Shown one piece after another: positions 6,620-10,268 of a stretch of 10,268 bases of DNA. The translations under genes were made by a program, and so were the position numbers. Origin of the DNA: Thermoproteota archaeon (GTDB lineage Archaea; Korarchaeota; Korarchaeia; Korarchaeales; Korarchaeaceae); contig JAOZFG010000022.1 in assembly GCA_027491435.1 (NCBI GenBank), positions 1 through 10,268 of the forward strand. The letters run 5' to 3'. Under the pieces are notes generated by a model, which saw only the letters and a program-made list of their open reading frames with translations, searched no databases and had not been told where the DNA came from. Position 1 is the stretch's first letter; every line of letters begins with the position of its first letter.

Positions 6620-8054
6620 CGTCCCTTCCGTAGGATGAGACGAACGGGGAACCGGTCTCCTTGACCTCATCCTTTTCCAGGGACCAGCCCGTTCCAAAGG
6701 TGTCGGGGTTGACGTTCTGGTCGTAGAGCTCGAGCTGCCACCTGTCGCTTATGGAGGTGTCCAGCCTGCCCACCACGTTGCCTTGAGTGTCGTAGACGTA
6801 GCCCTCGCTCACCCTGCCCACCACCCTGCCGTCCTTGTAGAGGGTGCCGTCGCTGCCTATTTCGTCCGCTGCCACCTCGTCGTTAAAGTCGGAGCTCCTG
6901 ACCACGCCGTCCTGGTCCACGTAAAAGGTGGAGGAGTTGGCCCAATTGTACCGGCTTACGTCTGCTCCAGTAGCTTTGTACTCCCTTATTCTGACCGGGC
7001 GTGTGGGAATGTTTCGGGCGGACTTCCAGGGGGAGGACAGCACCTTGCCCACCGTGGACATGATTGGGGAGGGCTTAAAGGGGTCGAACTTCACAGGTCT
7101 GCTTACAGGTCTACTCGGCTTTTTAGTCCTCTTCACCTGTTTCACAGGACTATTCTGGGTGCTCTTGACCTGTAAATCGCTCATCTGCTGCAGATAGCCT
7201 AAGCTTATGTAGGGCCAGGTATGTCCGAAGTATGCTGAGTTCCAGACGATCTCACAGACGTTCCTCAACTTCTGAACTAGGGAGGGGTCGTGAACGCTGA
7301 CCCTCATCACGGCCGTAACGTCCCTCTCCACCCCTTGGGCGTCTACCCTCTTCAAGGCCTTCCAGAAGACCACCTCCCCTGAACCCACTCTAACCCCTTC
7401 ATCGCCGCTCCACCCGTAATCTTCAGGCCTGCCCCTGTAGTCCATGATTATGCCCGTGCCGAGGCCTGCGTAGACAAACCTCCCCTCTCTCACATCGGGT
7501 ATGAAGAACTTTATGGAATCCCCAGCTATCTCCACATCCCAATGGGCTGGCAGGCTCAATGAAAGGTCCCCATAGCTGGTTGTTATAACCCTGACGCCCG
7601 TATCGAAGCTTAGAGGTTCTGGCAACAGGTTACCGCTCATGAGCACTGGAAAGATTGACCTGACGGCTTCAACCATCCAGTTGCCTGAGACCAGGGCGCC
7701 TAAAGTTAGGGTGGCCTTCCACTCCCTCTCCAAGTCGTCCTTGAGAGTTAGGTAGATCGCATCCCTAACCTTAGTGGAGTTGAGGTAAGCGGCCCCCAGG
7801 AGGGGACAGCACTCGGCCAGCTTCAAAGTCCTCCTGAAGTTGAACACCTGCTGGAATTGGGTGAAGGGCCTCCCGTTGATCCAAAGGAAGCCCTGCTTTA
7901 GTTCAGCTTTAAGCGTCCTTTTAAACCAATCAATCACCTGGGAACCCACCAGCTTAGTGGCGAAGAGCACCGCCTCGTCAGCCACTAACAGGTAGCCAAA
8001 CTCGTCCTGCCTGGGCTCGAAGCCCTCTAGGTCAGGTAACCTGTAGATCGGCAA
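6600..8054 (-). CDS. Hypothetical protein, 484 aa, modular: N-terminal alpha/beta region, Lys/Pro/Ser linker, acidic beta-hairpin-repeat C-terminus
   Basis: Long ORF with host-like codon use, TTG start below a TATA-like box, and a stop overlapping the start region of the FG-GAP gene. No family recognised with confidence. Confidence 0.8.
   Translation of the reverse strand: MPIYRLPDLEGFEPRQDEFGYLLVADEAVLFATKLVGSQVIDWFKRTLKAELKQGFLWINGRPFTQFQQVFNFRRTLKLAECCPLLGAAYLNSTKVRDAIYLTLKDDLEREWKATLTLGALVSGNWMVEAVRSIFPVLMSGNLLPEPLSFDTGVRVITTSYGDLSLSLPAHWDVEIAGDSIKFFIPDVREGRFVYAGLGTGIIMDYRGRPEDYGWSGDEGVRVGSGEVVFWKALKRVDAQGVERDVTAVMRVSVHDPSLVQKLRNVCEIVWNSAYFGHTWPYISLGYLQQMSDLQVKSTQNSPVKQVKRTKKPSRPVSRPVKFDPFKPSPIMSTVGKVLSSPWKSARNIPTRPVRIREYKATGADVSRYNWANSSTFYVDQDGVVRSSDFNDEVAADEIGSDGTLYKDGRVVGRVSEGYVYDTQGNVVGRLDTSISDRWQLELYDQNVNPDTFGTGWSLEKDEVKETGSPFVSSYGRDDEDEEE
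7093..7116. repeat. 12-bp imperfect tandem repeat in the linker (SRPV-SRPV)
   Basis: ACAGGTCTGCTT ACAGGTCTACTC. Confidence 0.65.
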
Positions 8055-8074
8055 CGTGCTTAGGTACGGTCTTA

Positions 8075-8088
8075 CCTTTTAACCTTGC
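8075..8088 (-). promoter_or_regulatory. Putative TATA box for the 484-aa / FG-GAP operon
   Basis: Minus strand GCAAGG-TTAAAA-GG; TTAAAA (8082-8077) lies 23-28 nt upstream of TTG 8054. Confidence 0.45.
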
Positions 8089-8308
8089 CCCTCAACGTTA
8101 GCAGGATGAGTGAGAGCACTACAAGGGCAGTCACCGTAAATGGAAGTCTGATCATCACACCACCATCTTTGGTGACGCCTCCACGTAGTATGAGCCTGGC
8201 AGCACGGCCCAGCCAACCCTCACAGGTTTGCCCTCGCTGAACTCACCTGAAAACACCTCCACCAAGTTGATCACCTCACCTTAACTTCTGCCTTGCCGCC
8301 AACGGCCT

Positions 8309-8725
8309 CTAAGATGGAGCTCCTGCCGGATCGTCCACTAGGTTAACCCTAACCTCCCTCTTACCCAGCTCCCTCTTCACATCCTTCCTGAGCTTCATGA
8401 CTTCCTGTCTAAGTTCCTCAACCTTTGAGTTGGCAACTTCAAGCATCCTGCTCATGTTCCTGTAGCCTTGAAGGAAGGTGAGTAAGTTAGACTTGACCTC
8501 GCTCAGCTCGGCCCTTAACCTGGACGGGTTCTCGTCCACCGCCTTAACCTGTTCGCCCACCCTCTCCAGTCCCTCCTCCAGACTGCCCTTGACTCCGCTG
8601 ACGCCGAGCTTCACTTCCCTGACCGAGCCCTCCAGATCGTCAACCATAGCCTTTAGCTCAGATATCCTGTCCTCCAACTCAGTTAGGTTCTCCATGAGGG
8701 CTGTCTGAGTCCTCCTCTGAGTCAT
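8309..8725 (-). CDS. Coiled-coil hypothetical protein (largest open piece of the fragmented gene above)
   Basis: 138-aa ORF, E/K/L/V rich with heptad periodicity and host-like codons (AGG, GAG, GTT). Confidence 0.55.
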   Translation of the reverse strand: MTQRRTQTALMENLTELEDRISELKAMVDDLEGSVREVKLGVSGVKGSLEEGLERVGEQVKAVDENPSRLRAELSEVKSNLLTFLQGYRNMSRMLEVANSKVEELRQEVMKLRKDVKRELGKREVRVNLVDDPAGAPS

Positions 8726-8829
8726 TATGGGCTTGACTTCCGATTGAAGTGAACCTAAGCCAGAGGATACGCCTCATCTGTGATTATCCCAGGACTCGCC
8801 CAACAAGGGGCTGATCAGACCCCTCTCCA

Positions 8830-9372
8830 AACTCACGGGTGATGGTGAGATAATTAAATTCCTAAATTCCTGAGAGAAATGCCGTAACTGGATTAGGAAG
8901 ATGCTGGGGATCATATCACGGCCCACGTTAAGAGAGCTATTGAGGGAAAAGGAAGATGTTACACCATTGAAAAGCTCCCTGATAGGCCTTGCCGAGGTCC
9001 CGCCCTTTCCAGCTAGCTTCAAGCCCACTTTCATATATCGTGGCGTAGATTATAGCAGGTTAGGTGATAATCTCAGTATAGGAGGAAGCTTTCAACAAGG
9101 AACCCTTCTTCCCTGATCTCTAATAATCCGATTAGTTACTTTAATCGCGAGGATACCTTGACGGGCTGTGCTCACCCTGAAGTTGAAAGTATGATAGAGA
9201 GCTGTAACCTAACAGGCAACCTGTATGCTGTTATTGGATTCCACCTGATCGATGCTGACACTTGGGTTAAATAAGCAATAGAGGGGGTTAGGGGTGACCC
9301 CCTACACAGCTCGACAGGTCCTTAATTCGGGAGCGCCTTCCCGAAGCTATATGGAGGTCAGTTGGATCCTTA
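8830..9372 (+). pseudogene. Degraded MBL-fold metallo-hydrolase (COG1237-like), homolog of the downstream gene
   Basis: The frame at 9161 reads TGCAHPEVESMIESCNLTGNLYAVIGFHLIDADTWVK*AIEGVRGDPLHSSTGP*FGSAFPKLY. It is colinear with GCSHPG...VVGGFHM...PTHCSG...YPEKL of 9387-10070. ORF 8901-9116 is probably the middle part. The 5' boundary is uncertain. Confidence 0.7.
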
Positions 9373-9386
9373 AATGAAATGGGAGA

Positions 9387-10070
9387 GTGGCTAATATGAG
9401 GCTTGTGGTGACCGTAGATAACAGGGCTAAAGAGGGCTTAAGGAAAGAGTGGGGATGGAGCGCTTACATTGAAGCACATGGATACAAGGTCCTCTTCGAC
9501 GGAGGAGCGAGTACTTCTACCTTGAAGTTTAACGCTGAGAGGCTGGGCTTAAACCTCTCACACCTCGACTTTGCAGTCCTGAGCCATCATCACGGGGATC
9601 ATTATGGGGGGTTCCGCTATGTGGGTGAGGTGGCTGAGGGGCTTAGAGTTTACTCACCCCCGGGGGAGCTTGAGTACCTGAGGAAGTGGGGTTTGAATCC
9701 CGTACCGGTCACCGACCCTCTGAAAGTGGGGAAGGGGCTTTGGCTAACGGGCCCTTTAAGTGGAGGATGGATCTTGGAGCAGGCACTGGCGATCTCAACT
9801 AGGGAGGGGTTAGTTGTCGTGGTAGGCTGCTCCCACCCCGGGGTCCATCGCTTGGTTAGAGCGGCGAGAGATGTCAGTGGCTTAGACTTATTCTTGGTTG
9901 TAGGGGGCTTTCACATGCCTAGCGAGCAAGTTCTAGACGAGTTGGCCGGAATGAGTAAGAAGATCTGTCCAACCCATTGCAGTGGTGATAAATCCTTAAA
10001 ATATCTCAGGAAGAGATACCCTGAGAAGCTATGTGAAGCCTTGGCGGGTAGTGTCTTGACCTTCAGCTAA
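9387..10070 (+). CDS. MBL-fold metallo-hydrolase, COG1237 family (often annotated as 7,8-dihydropterin-6-yl-methyl-4-(beta-D-ribofuranosyl)aminobenzene 5'-phosphate synthase-like); start may be ATG 9396
   Basis: EWGWSAYIE, VLFDGG, SHHHGDHYGG (HxHxDH), EQAL, GCSHPG, GGFH and PTHCSG; TTAAA at 9370-9374 fits a leaderless start at 9396. Confidence 0.92.
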   Translation: MANMRLVVTVDNRAKEGLRKEWGWSAYIEAHGYKVLFDGGASTSTLKFNAERLGLNLSHLDFAVLSHHHGDHYGGFRYVGEVAEGLRVYSPPGELEYLRKWGLNPVPVTDPLKVGKGLWLTGPLSGGWILEQALAISTREGLVVVVGCSHPGVHRLVRAARDVSGLDLFLVVGGFHMPSEQVLDELAGMSKKICPTHCSGDKSLKYLRKRYPEKLCEALAGSVLTFS

Positions 10071-10268
10071 ACTGGCTAATTTTAGTAAACTCTGCTATCT
10101 TTTACAACATTTGTGGTAGTTCCTTGGAGTCCCTCCCGGGGGGTGCTGTCAACTTAAGGCTTGTTTAAGCAGGGTTGCTGATGTCATATGGAGAAAGAGG
10201 ACCTTCAACTCTTTAGAGAGCGGACCCCCGCTGGTAGTAGGCTACGCCCTGCTTACTTTCGGGCCTGC

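Larger units (their letters stand above)
8072..8773 (-). pseudogene. Fragmented coiled-coil protein with a beta-rich segment and C-terminal membrane anchor (alternatively three small coupled ORFs: 8725-8309, 8274-8155, 8155-8072)
   Basis: Heptad-rich frame open from 8773 (GVSSGLGSLQSEVKPIMTQ...LTELEDRISELKAMVDDLEGSVREVK...). Other frames then give GRSSILEAVGGKAEVKVR, VINLVEVFSGEFSEGKPVRVGWAVLPGSYYVE and VTKDGGVMIRLPFTVTALVVLSLILLTLRGKVKR* (TM helix plus basic tail). Confidence 0.55.

Noticed and set aside
5798-8708. Plus-strand ORFs 5798..6049, 6401..6664, 6783..7175, 6928..7197 and 8478..8708
   Set aside because: Antisense shadows of minus-strand coding regions; the hydrophobic look of 6928..7197 simply mirrors the Lys/Pro-rich linker.
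8774-9034. Minus-strand 86-aa ORF in frame with the coiled-coil ORF across one TGA
   Set aside because: Its composition is unlike the coiled coil and it is antisense to the MBL relic. There is no Cys/Sec-like context, so no support for TGA readthrough.
9387-10070. Antibiotic-resistance beta-lactamase or methanopterin-pathway assignment
   Set aside because: The motifs only place it in the broad COG1237 MBL-fold family; nothing in the window indicates its substrate.

Overview
Probably a thermophilic archaeon, inferred from heavy AGG/ATA codon use, TATA-box promoters about 20-27 nt before start codons, a GGAGGTG RBS and T-tract terminators. From left to right the window holds: (i) two unannotated gene relics, the 5' end of a LysA-type PLP decarboxylase joined to a stop-riddled class I SAM methyltransferase; (ii) a BMP/CUT2-type nucleoside or sugar ABC importer (ATPase, two permeases, binding protein) whose second permease has one in-frame TAG at a conserved Trp position; (iii) a minus-strand operon of a 484-aa protein I cannot assign and a seven-repeat FG-GAP/VCBS-like beta-propeller, preceded by fragments of a coiled-coil / beta-rich / membrane-anchor protein; (iv) a decayed COG1237-type metallo-beta-lactamase-fold gene directly upstream of an intact one. 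No rRNA, tRNA, CRISPR array or transposase was seen. All family calls come from motifs recognised by eye, not from database searches.
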